In this document: positions 29,701-36,105 of the stretch, piece after piece | How the letters are laid out: each line of letters begins with the position of its first letter | Numbering within the stretch: the stretch's first letter is position 1 | Source of the DNA: a virus | Virus record (IMG/VR): IMGVR_UViG_3300044971_004534 | Reading direction: 5' to 3' (one strand) | DNA: 64,000 nucleotides | Position numbers and translations under genes: made by a program | Notes under the pieces: model-generated | What the model was told of the DNA's origin: nothing | Databases searched by the model: none | What the model saw: the letters and a program-made list of their open reading frames with translations, nothing else

Positions 29701-31600
29701 ATCAAGCAGTTCATCTTCGTCTTCTTCTAGTTCTGTTCTGTCTAGCTCTAGTTCATCCAGTAGCTCTTCAGTCTGCACTAAAATATGGTCTGGACCAGGA
29801 TGTCCAGATGTCAATAATGATGGATTTGTAGATTCTCTTGATCTTGGACTTTTAAATGGTATCTGGGGTGCTGTTGATTATGACAATAGAATATCCGTAG
29901 CGTCAGATTTAAATGGAGATGGCTTTATAGACGGGCAAGATATGATTATTCTATTAAGTAACGGTGGATGTATAGAATGTCCTAATTTTCAATGGCCCAT
30001 TTCTTCATCTAGTTCCAGTAGTTCCAGTAGTTCCAGTAGTTCCAGTAGTTCCAGTAGTTCCAGTTCTTCTATACCCTCCGGTCCTCCGCTGCCGTATTAT
30101 GGCTCAAACAAATTTGGTAGATTCATGGTAGATGCAAGAGATGGTAAAAACATAGTTGACATTATGTATATAGGACAAGATGCTAACTATTGGGTTCCTG
30201 CCTTAAATAGAGGTTTTAATTTACTTAATGTAAAAGCTTTTGGTACACCGTTTGCTCCCGCCTTGATGTCTACATCATTTGATGTTGTAAGTAATGTTGC
30301 TCATCTTTCTGCGGATTGGGATGCTGGATCAAATGCTAGATCAAGTGAAGTTGGCACTCTAAAAATTTTCAAAGGTGGTAGTCTTTTTGCCGGAGACGCG
30401 ATACATGAAGCCATGCATACATCTGTTACTCCATATGGAAAAGCTTTGGAGTGGGGGTATGTTCCAAAGATAGATGGTGAGTACTTCATAGAGTATGCTT
30501 CAGGAATGTATATATCAAATGGACCACCAAGCTTGGGCATCCCTATAGATAGCGTTTCAAAACTGGAGTACAGAGTTTTAAGAGTATCTGGTTATACAGG
30601 AAGTTACTCCATGTCTGTGGACACTTATGATGCAAGTAGAAATTATGCTGTATTGCCAGTAGTCAGTAATCAATCAAGTGACCTGATATGGGTAAGTGAC
30701 AGTTTGGAATTTATGTATAATCCATTAGTTCATGGAGTAGAAGGCTTGCGTTTTGCATGTACTGGAAGTGAAAATTTAGGACTCACTTCTGGAATAAGCG
30801 GAGACTTTGGAGTTGGATTGCATAGTTTGCACAAGAATGAAATAAGCGGTCTCGCGATTACTCCATTCCACACGTATGGTCAGGCAACATTTGAGTCATT
30901 AAATTCCGATCTTAATAGACCTGAAACCATTTTTACTTTAGAAACTTATCTAAACGCGATAAATGAAAGATCTGTGTCTGCTTACAGTAAGCTGCCAGGA
31001 GCAGAAGGCGGCTCAGGAAGAATGGTATTCTTCATACAAGCCAATTCGTCTTCTGAATCAACTATGATTAATGACATCATATCGATTAAAGATAAAATTA
31101 CTGCTACATGTTTAGGTTTAGGTTTTGATGAAAACAACTTTACATTCGCCATTATGATACCAGCTCCTATAAGTGAATTCGACTTAGAGTTTGTCAGTCT
31201 TCGTCAAAGCATTGCTGATGCAATACTTGCTCAAAGTAGCTCAATCGCAAATATATCTTTCATAAACATTCCAGCTATTTTCTCTTATACGCAAATGATA
31301 GAAAATGGCTGGGCAACAATTGCGATCACGCCAGTCGAAGAAAATCCAACAAGTCAATTTGCTTTACTGACAGGAGGACAGTGCTGTGAGACTTATACTA
31401 ATTGCTGCCCGAGCGTGCCAGTTTGCACAGGCGGTACTTGCACTTATGTAAGATGCTGGAATTGCTCAGAAGACGCTCCTGGCTTCGGCGTGTGCGGAGT
31501 GGTCATGTCAACAGATCCAGACACAGGAGGAAGTTCTTCAGATACATCTGGTGGAGGCAGTAGCAGCTCTTCTAGTAGTGAAAAAAATCCATTTATTTAA
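23747..31600 (+). CDS. giant protein 3 (2617 aa), modular: propeller-like repeats, Ser linkers, Hint domain, dockerin-like module, HExxH and Cys-rich C-terminus
   Basis: Uninterrupted 7.85-kb ORF. At least 7 Ser-rich linkers separate the modules. 'DGNLYG..., GRLYT...' repeat pattern at about nt 25175-26650. See the sub-features listed separately. Confidence 0.9.
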   Translation: MIRNPFETTQYASNFLKENIILDSSGIGLTGIDVLMEFLVNQTRIRQEAIRIGYISNNPSRIDGEDYSQVSLLGLSFDTPQNIYDGSLLIVSAIKQMFSGHPSELYEKLAYRPTIIQYQDPDDGVYVSRTGGFFHKIVDPSSDVEQPNDDYFEFFDDPEFVDGQYLTSGDIDRFNSPPSFTDPSNPYATLNEYLKDQVKWVNSTIAILNKLKYIHKKLVFTYPFAGISFGSGCSFAKNISSTTTPDSNGKPVEIILDMSEVVASCVDGTDSYGYLCIRWRSVGNGSRFIVMPTVGATAAQTAALRQPIWGALTVNPASDQPYVHSNSGNQGYLNSANYISYASSEGILKTWDPETNTVFDRPVSPILRSGCQNAPCCTTNDNTNNIPFREGGNDVNSDFACININNTFFSTGTGSDWDNKIRIVIFSGCQSASSNTSWELELNCLGCTDCNVTLTECGGIPSSSSSSEDINFGIFILDDSNKIGKIDVITGNLSGRILTVKDDAGNPLEDNLHDIDFDTDGNLYGLAQSGILYVISKSTGKATVVGNTGLTNTNGLGFGQDGRLYTINNTTLYYLNKQNAGTNQVGSIGYTGSGDICTSRSGPNRLIVSAKNGNNNFILELSVGANSVTSQVKLSGSRVVPRVFGLARPLSLSAGPLAVADQKIYVFNRFDTSDASMTVVSDFSQSGLCCAVGAAYWNGNFENDEGGGGGGNFDFPQCDNIPVWTVGRDNVLKQVNIKNGDSLKSYTLQGATFDSFYGCPTDLAVNDSGDIYLIDNSNLYRVLLPFVDAPVQDVATAILIGRLLEGSSAVAFAGLTFGKDGILYGCMVEGVTNPISTIPAYPLFKIDPQTAECTAVCTDMGVGCQGDVAPWTDANGVNWFYLVGANEDHNQIYRFRYGGEGDCGELELISDPDTFQYGTDVFSISNARDNKIYVIAGTQVLKIDPITNTITETGVSISGSHSHGSGWLPNDVLADGCSDNSSSSSSSGENSSSSSSSSEDIAPCPCVPQSSSSSSSSSSSSSEISSSSSSSSSSSSSSSSASCPDCGDSPSIIIDRDDWLSGIVNCHKVGFDSGSVIRIKWFQVCSLCCTCPTERQFTRECEIEISIFDIDCQSWSAIWQYLISTGQVEEIRCSVDGGSCRFYYRVDFDRDPDLPNIFYWRFTENFQTFFPDYPANCECPPCDPDPSCCDSSCFGLGTMIKMADGSEKRIEDIKEGDILLAAYFNEFGVARNPTLEQINSGWTLSDSRYIRFAETRVKSIKVGSELSIYKFSDSLKLTFEHPVFIMDVDGTLKFRSAVYMQDGVYGYDVNLEMIPMRYFEEINRKSITITLTTEPFHCIFAGNILVHTGSSGNYTNTVGFGEIGININTDIYTDPVSPATSVIDDGSTGYSFISDGLGTVNPGTGGPIDDSGVIVDSPYVCQFACRCLSGNCSTVSFVSSWKLGTPIQFCADPTACCNNGSCTRGNADCKDVSDNSVLIERTIVANSCADACRKCAALATQSVDFVNSPSFECANASLICTSSGSSSSSVSASSSSSSSEITGEEVVLWLNPPMAAVDVGNGLMSVSGAPTAHLLSNGNDGQMLAQRFAVPDNCQWRVYKFRMWGGSEYVDEPVGGAGGNSLSSNIQAIRINIFKFQASSGNWELYNSTTGYLKMASGLILNDQGSTMGIFGSKHFQIDMEFNPSVSTILDSGDYLLGIGGVHSLTGPTAPEKLLWTYSEFGTATSPGQYSTTNLNWGNWVDSNQNTSLAAALIGIRSSTCVVSSSSSSSGLGSQSSSSSSDLSSSSSSSSSVGACTQSFGHWNNSSGTPVYSEIIDLSGFEVQTDTSGEFIDVCVEYMTGSDISDRILIIATKDDDEVSTDEFLRNGDIDYSYYANIDNYINGQESRFSISSGHPLIAYNGSSFAPPLRSLIFDSGCALTGDTNSTVTSIRLRKNSVSLDPTDPMYKKFRLVVFGVCDVAFAPNSITNWWITFKCDIANCVVTSSSSSSSSSSSSVLSSSSSSSSSSVCTKIWSGPGCPDVNNDGFVDSLDLGLLNGIWGAVDYDNRISVASDLNGDGFIDGQDMIILLSNGGCIECPNFQWPISSSSSSSSSSSSSSSSSSSSSSSIPSGPPLPYYGSNKFGRFMVDARDGKNIVDIMYIGQDANYWVPALNRGFNLLNVKAFGTPFAPALMSTSFDVVSNVAHLSADWDAGSNARSSEVGTLKIFKGGSLFAGDAIHEAMHTSVTPYGKALEWGYVPKIDGEYFIEYASGMYISNGPPSLGIPIDSVSKLEYRVLRVSGYTGSYSMSVDTYDASRNYAVLPVVSNQSSDLIWVSDSLEFMYNPLVHGVEGLRFACTGSENLGLTSGISGDFGVGLHSLHKNEISGLAITPFHTYGQATFESLNSDLNRPETIFTLETYLNAINERSVSAYSKLPGAEGGSGRMVFFIQANSSSESTMINDIISIKDKITATCLGLGFDENNFTFAIMIPAPISEFDLEFVSLRQSIADAILAQSSSIANISFINIPAIFSYTQMIENGWATIAITPVEENPTSQFALLTGGQCCETYTNCCPSVPVCTGGTCTYVRCWNCSEDAPGFGVCGVVMSTDPDTGGSSSDTSGGGSSSSSSSEKNPFI
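26783..26806 (+). repeat. perfect 6-bp tandem repeat (agttca x4) within a Ser linker
   Basis: Read directly: agttca agttca agttca agttca. In frame, encodes Ser-Ser units. Confidence 0.9.
27323..27790 (+). other. Hint (Hedgehog/intein-like) autoprocessing domain inside giant protein 3
   Basis: N-terminal block 'CFGLGTMIKMADGSEKRIEDIKEGDILL', block B 'LKLTFEHPVF' (TxxH), C-terminal block 'FHCIFAGNILVHT'. About 156 aa. Terminal Asn is replaced by Thr and the next residue is Gly. Confidence 0.7.
29807..29970 (+). other. dockerin-like duplicated Ca-binding module inside giant protein 3
   Basis: Two 12-residue EF-hand-like loops, each followed by a helix: 'DVNNDGFVDSLDLGLLNGIWG' and 'DLNGDGFIDGQDMIILLSNGG'. 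Confidence 0.65.
30011..30064 (+). repeat. perfect 9-bp tandem repeat (agttccagt x6) encoding poly-Ser
   Basis: Read directly from the sequence. In frame (AGT TCC AGT). Part of a run of about 24 Ser. Confidence 0.95.
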
Positions 31601-31676
31601 ATAGTAAAAAGGAATAATATTATTATTTATATATAAACTGTTGTGTCGGGGGGTTGTATTTCAAGGAGTTTAATTA

Positions 31677-32045
31677 ATGGCACCAAAAGAAGATAAATCA
31701 GATAATGATTCTATGAATAAACTAAATTTTATTTCTAATATAGGTCAAACTTTTTGGACTGTTATTGTTGGTGCTGGAGTGTTTTTTGCAACCATGTATT
31801 CAACTCAATCTGTAGTAAATACTAGAATATCTTATATAGAAGAAGAAATACATAGCTTGCAGCAAAGTGACAAAAAAATAAGTGACGATCTTCAAAATTT
31901 AAGTACTAAGCAGAATACAATATTGATGGATATTTCAAATAGGCTTAGGGACATGGAAGTAAAGCTAACAGAATTGCAAGTTAGAGTGCTTTACGCTCTT
32001 GAAGCAAAAGATTCTGCCAAAAAATCTCAAGAAGCTCCTAAGTAA
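31677..32045 (+). CDS. small membrane protein with C-terminal coiled coil (122 aa)
   Basis: AAGGAG 8 nt upstream of the ATG. Hydrophobic segment 'FWTVIVGAGVFFATMY' followed by a heptad-like charged region. Confidence 0.6.
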   Translation: MAPKEDKSDNDSMNKLNFISNIGQTFWTVIVGAGVFFATMYSTQSVVNTRISYIEEEIHSLQQSDKKISDDLQNLSTKQNTILMDISNRLRDMEVKLTELQVRVLYALEAKDSAKKSQEAPK

Positions 32046-33260
32046 TTATTGTAAATCTTGTAAGTAATATTTTTTGCATTCTTCAGGGATGCAGGATGTA
32101 TTATATTCTGTTAGCACCCAATGCCATAATCTTGGCTTTTTGTATTCCGCATAATCTCCGTAACCATCAGTTAATATGATAATTGCGTCATATTTTTTAA
32201 TATTTTTATTTACGTAATCACTTATGCACTTAAATGATGTGCCGCCGTACCCAAAAAGATTTTTTGTTTTCTTATCTATTTTATGAACTGTTGTGTCAAA
32301 ATTATATAAAAATACATTAAACTTATTTTCTGGGAATGAAGCAGCCGAAGCCATAAAAGCAGCACTCCAGTTAGAGCAAGATCCACTTGTGTCCATAAAA
32401 ATATGAACATCTCTTTTTGTTATTGTTTCACACAGCGAATCTGTACTTGGTATAAAATAATCAGCTTGCCAGTCTCTTCTTCTTGGCTGCTCAAACCAAC
32501 TCTCTTCCTGTACGTTTTGTGCATCAAATCTTTTTGATATTTTTCTTAACACATTTTGCCAATTTATTTTTCTTGAAGCTTCTTCTTCCTCTGCACTTAG
32601 TGCTTTTTCAAGGTTTCCAGGCTCAGTTCCTGGAGCAGAGTATTTGTGCTTCAAATTTTTAATTAATTTCTGCAACTCTTTAGTATCAATGCCGTTTTGT
32701 TTAAGCCAGTCGGTTATTCTTTTTAGTTGTTCATCTCCAAGATTGCCGATTTTTTCAAGCCAATCATGGTTTGATCCAGATGTAAACTGGTCCATGTCTA
32801 TATCAGAATTGAGTATTTTTTTATAGTAATACTCGAAACATCTTCCAGATTCTAATGATTTATCTATTTTTTCTAGATAAACTGCGTTTTCAAGTACTGG
32901 ACAATTTTCTGGATGAAAATCAAATTCATTTTTTAATATTTCATTAACGCATATGTCCATGCATACATTTTCTATCTTTGATACTTTATTATTTTTAGAA
33001 AATCTAGCTCCGTGATTTAATATAACATGCAGAAGTTCATGAGCAACAATAGCTGCCTTTTCTCTTGCAGACAATTTGTCCCAAAAATATGGATTATATG
33101 ATATGTAAAGAGGCTCTCTTGATCTAGTATTAAAATTTACGCAAGCCGTGGGAATAAAGTCACTTTCTACAAAATTAAATGACATTACTAGCTGAGAAAG
33201 TATCTTGCTTTTTTTGGCAAGTACGTTACTTATTTCTTTTTTCTCAAAAGAACCGTTCAT
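32046..33260 (-). CDS. VWA-domain protein with N-terminal putative metallopeptidase domain (DUF2201-like, CobT-like partner of MoxR ATPases)
   Basis: HExxH in 'AAIVAHELLHVILNH'. MIDAS-like 'FMDTSGSCS' in the C-terminal half. Located directly downstream of the AAA+ gene. Confidence 0.7.
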   Translation of the reverse strand: MNGSFEKKEISNVLAKKSKILSQLVMSFNFVESDFIPTACVNFNTRSREPLYISYNPYFWDKLSAREKAAIVAHELLHVILNHGARFSKNNKVSKIENVCMDICVNEILKNEFDFHPENCPVLENAVYLEKIDKSLESGRCFEYYYKKILNSDIDMDQFTSGSNHDWLEKIGNLGDEQLKRITDWLKQNGIDTKELQKLIKNLKHKYSAPGTEPGNLEKALSAEEEEASRKINWQNVLRKISKRFDAQNVQEESWFEQPRRRDWQADYFIPSTDSLCETITKRDVHIFMDTSGSCSNWSAAFMASAASFPENKFNVFLYNFDTTVHKIDKKTKNLFGYGGTSFKCISDYVNKNIKKYDAIIILTDGYGDYAEYKKPRLWHWVLTEYNTSCIPEECKKYYLQDLQ

Positions 33261-33265
33261 ATAAT

Positions 33266-34879
33266 TTATTTAATGAAGGAATAAATTTGCGCTTTTTCAT
33301 TTAACTTTATGTTATGAGCGCATCCGTGTTTTTCAACCTCAGGTATAATCAAGTGTCTATATATATTCATGTACGGACCTACTTGAACTTCTTCTCCTTT
33401 TATCATCAATCCATAGGATCTTTGTCTAATTGAGTCAATATTGCCATGCGTGCTGTAATTTATCATCTGTGCAGCTTTAGAGCTAATATTTTTCATGGAT
33501 TGGTCTTTTTCAATCATAGCTCGAATACGTCTATTTTTCAATGCGCTTTCAAGTATAGACAACATTTCGTTGGACTCTGAAATTTCTATAGGCTCATTAG
33601 ACTCACTAAAATTTAAGTTTGACCAGTCTGTCCATTTACTCATGGATCTCATGTTTGGATGTCTATTGCACCATTCTTGTACTCTAAAACTTAAGTATTC
33701 ATATCTCTTGCTGCACTGATATTCAAACTCTTTACTAGTCATTTCTTTGTTTGCAACTATCTTATAACCAGGCACGCATATCTTAATAATATTTTCTGCC
33801 CAATTTGACGCCGCCTTGTTATTGTTGATAGCTGATATGTTGGCAAGACAGGATATAATCTTTTTTTGCACATCATCAGGAACTTTTATGTCTTTTGAAA
33901 TTTTATTCAAAGAATTAGATGTATTTTTACTGTCATCGCACAGTTCTTCAATTTTAGACTCAGCCCATGTTCTCATATTTTCGTGTTGCATAAAACACGC
34001 AGCTAGCTGCTCTTCGTTCATTGCGTTTACACATGCTTCAAGAATAATGCCATTGGAAGTTTTGCCAATTGACATCATAATGCTGTCAAAGTTATTTAGT
34101 AAACTTTTAATTTTATTGATATCATTTTTTAGTGCAGCTTGAGCAAGCAAAGTTTTAAGGGTAACTGAATTTATAGAATCCTTAAATTCAGAAATATCTA
34201 TAGAGCTTGGCAGGACATCGGATGGATCTCCTCCGTTGTCCATTACGTCAATTGCGTACTCTACACGCCGAGGTGATATTTTGTCTTTTTCTTTTCTATC
34301 AAGTGATCCATACCATTCTGATATATTGTAAGCTTTTTCAGATCCGTACTTTTTGCTAAAAAAGTCTATGCATATATTATCTTTGATTTTGTATTGTAAA
34401 TGGAATCTGTCCATTTGGGCTGGATCTATCTTTTCAACATCATAAGTGTCCATCGTGTCTTCTGGATTGATTGCTGCCCAAACGCATTGTAGCTTAGGAA
34501 ATTTAATGCCATTAACAGATTTAAATTGTATAAGTTCCATTACTGCATTTCTTACTCTCTTAGGAGATCTGTTAAATTCATCAAAAAATAAAACTTTAAT
34601 TTCTTTTGGATTGATATACTCTGGCTTTACAAGCTTAATAACTGGTTCGCCATTATTTTCATACATTCTTGGGATGCCTAAAAAATCAATCCATGGGTCC
34701 ATGGTGGCTGCGCTAAAAGAAACATACTCTAGTTGCTGCTTTAACTTATTGTTTTCTATTACATTTTGTATAATTGAGGTTTTACCAACGCCGTGTTTTC
34801 CTTCGATAATAACATTGAGGCCGTTTTCGTATGCAAACTGTAGTTTTTTTGAAAGTTCGTATGATTCAATGTGTTTCAT
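33266..34879 (-). CDS. AAA+ ATPase, MoxR/CobS-like (AAA_5 type)
   Basis: Walker A 'GKHGVGKTS'. Walker B and sensor region 'VLFFDEFNRSPKRVRNAVMELIQ'. I prefer the start 'MKHIES' (ATG at 34879) because it avoids overlap with the divergent gene. The track start is 34954. Confidence 0.8.
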   Translation of the reverse strand: MKHIESYELSKKLQFAYENGLNVIIEGKHGVGKTSIIQNVIENNKLKQQLEYVSFSAATMDPWIDFLGIPRMYENNGEPVIKLVKPEYINPKEIKVLFFDEFNRSPKRVRNAVMELIQFKSVNGIKFPKLQCVWAAINPEDTMDTYDVEKIDPAQMDRFHLQYKIKDNICIDFFSKKYGSEKAYNISEWYGSLDRKEKDKISPRRVEYAIDVMDNGGDPSDVLPSSIDISEFKDSINSVTLKTLLAQAALKNDINKIKSLLNNFDSIMMSIGKTSNGIILEACVNAMNEEQLAACFMQHENMRTWAESKIEELCDDSKNTSNSLNKISKDIKVPDDVQKKIISCLANISAINNNKAASNWAENIIKICVPGYKIVANKEMTSKEFEYQCSKRYEYLSFRVQEWCNRHPNMRSMSKWTDWSNLNFSESNEPIEISESNEMLSILESALKNRRIRAMIEKDQSMKNISSKAAQMINYSTHGNIDSIRQRSYGLMIKGEEVQVGPYMNIYRHLIIPEVEKHGCAHNIKLNEKAQIYSFIK

Positions 34880-34901
34880 AGGTATTTTTTTTCCTTCATA
34901 G

Positions 34902-34934
34902 TAATAATATCCATACTGGAGAAAGATATGCCAA
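34902..34934 (-). promoter_or_regulatory. candidate promoter (TTGGCA-N16-GGATATTATTA) for the AAA+/VWA operon
   Basis: On the minus strand: TTGGCA, 16 nt, GGATATTATTA, about 20 nt upstream of the ATG at 34879. Same GGATAT-type element as three plus-strand sites. Confidence 0.35.
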
Positions 34935-35518
34935 ATATTTTCAAAATAGAACAATTTAAGAACTTTGATGCCCCTGTTGGTTCTGTGCGAATCATAGGAC
35001 CCGGAGCCTCAAGGTCCATACCGATTAAGCAAACTGGCTACTCCATAAGATTGATGGACCTTTTGCAGGCCATTGCCGCTCAGCTTAAAAATTCTTTTAT
35101 GGAATCTAAAATTCACACTATAGACACCAGTCCAATTGCTGATGCAAAAGTGCTAGGATTGGCGAAGGTTGACATTCAGGGTGGTCCAGATGGGTATGTT
35201 GATAGGGAGTCTGGCAAAATTTATGTTGATGTAGAGAAGATTGTCAATCATGTAATGAATGGAATGTTTCCTCCAAATGTTCAGTTGCCCAATGAGGGGG
35301 CGTCTTTAGATCCTGATTTAAAAAAATCTATAGCTAAAAAAGTATACGAAGCCATTGCTCGCCAGGTCGCAGACACAGTTGCTCACGAGACTCACCATAA
35401 GAAAAGAACTATTTTAGACATAAGAGAAGGCAAGCCCGTTGACTACAACCCAGAAGCTGAGGCTGAATCTGCTGGAAGACAATTTGGGCAAAGCTTTTCT
35501 GCCCCCTCTCAGTTTTGA
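34928..35518 (+). CDS. hypothetical protein with HExxH motif
   Basis: 'VAHETHHKK' near the C-terminus. I prefer the ATG at 34928 (GGAG upstream) over the track start at 34871. Confidence 0.5.
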   Translation: MPNIFKIEQFKNFDAPVGSVRIIGPGASRSIPIKQTGYSIRLMDLLQAIAAQLKNSFMESKIHTIDTSPIADAKVLGLAKVDIQGGPDGYVDRESGKIYVDVEKIVNHVMNGMFPPNVQLPNEGASLDPDLKKSIAKKVYEAIARQVADTVAHETHHKKRTILDIREGKPVDYNPEAEAESAGRQFGQSFSAPSQF

Positions 35519-35546
35519 TATCACTTGGCGATGATGTCGGATATCA

Positions 35547-36101
35547 ATGAGTGTGTCCGAAGAGCACTCAGAAATTTTAAACCAGAAAATTGGTTCTTTC
35601 TCGCAGCATCGTGTTGCGTGTGAGAGGCTGTCTTGGCACAAATACTTTTTTGATCTTTCATATCTTGTTGCTGCTCGGTCTCCAGACGCTCAAACAAGGC
35701 ATGGAGCAGTAATCGTAGATAAAGAAAACAGGATTGTTTCTACTGGCTATAACGGATTCCCAGCCAACGGTCCTGATGAAATTTTGCCCAATGTTCGTCC
35801 AGAGAAGTATCCATACATAGTGCATGCAGAGATGAACGCCCTACTGTCGGCACGGTGCGATGTGCGTGGATACTCTGTGTACATCACTGGAATGCCGTGC
35901 AAAAATTGTCTTCTTCACCTGATTGGTGCTGGGATCTCAAAAATTTTTGCAGGCCATACCAAATTTCAAGAAGACCTTGAATCCATGATCGCAAAGGCTG
36001 TTCTGTGCGAGGTTTACGGTGTAGAAGTATACACCCATGCACAGGGTAGTCACGATAAAATCGTTCCCTGGGACCACAAGAAGTGGATTTCAGGGGCTTG
36101 A
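35547..36101 (+). CDS. dCMP deaminase (ComEB/Dcd-type zinc deaminase)
   Basis: 'WHKYFFDLSYLVAARS', 'HGAVIVDKENRIVSTGYNGFP', zinc motifs 'VHAEMNAL' and 'PCKNCLLHL'. Confidence 0.85.
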   Translation: MSVSEEHSEILNQKIGSFSQHRVACERLSWHKYFFDLSYLVAARSPDAQTRHGAVIVDKENRIVSTGYNGFPANGPDEILPNVRPEKYPYIVHAEMNALLSARCDVRGYSVYITGMPCKNCLLHLIGAGISKIFAGHTKFQEDLESMIAKAVLCEVYGVEVYTHAQGSHDKIVPWDHKKWISGA

Positions 36102-36105
36102 CAGC

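Noticed and set aside
30011-30064. CRISPR array or other spacer-repeat structure
   Set aside because: The repeats are 9 bp with no spacers, in frame and coding for Ser. No CRISPR-like repeat-spacer array was seen anywhere in the window.
6115-31600. Diversity-generating retroelement targeting the giant proteins
   Set aside because: No reverse transcriptase gene was seen in the window, and I noticed no template/variable repeat pair of about 100 bp. An RT elsewhere in the genome cannot be excluded.
31601-31676. Terminator or regulatory hairpin after the giant operon (palindrome AATAATATTATT, G-run 'cgggggg')
   Set aside because: The palindrome is pure A/T and would be unstable. No GC stem with a T-tract is present. 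The region mainly supplies the AAGGAG ribosome-binding site of the next gene.
35510-35546. Fifth copy of the GGATAT promoter-like element (TTGATA-N18-GGATATCA) just before the dCMP deaminase ATG
   Set aside because: The GGATAT lies only 2 nt from the ATG, so a transcript starting downstream of it would lack the start codon. The upstream half also lacks TGTCA. Likely a coincidence.
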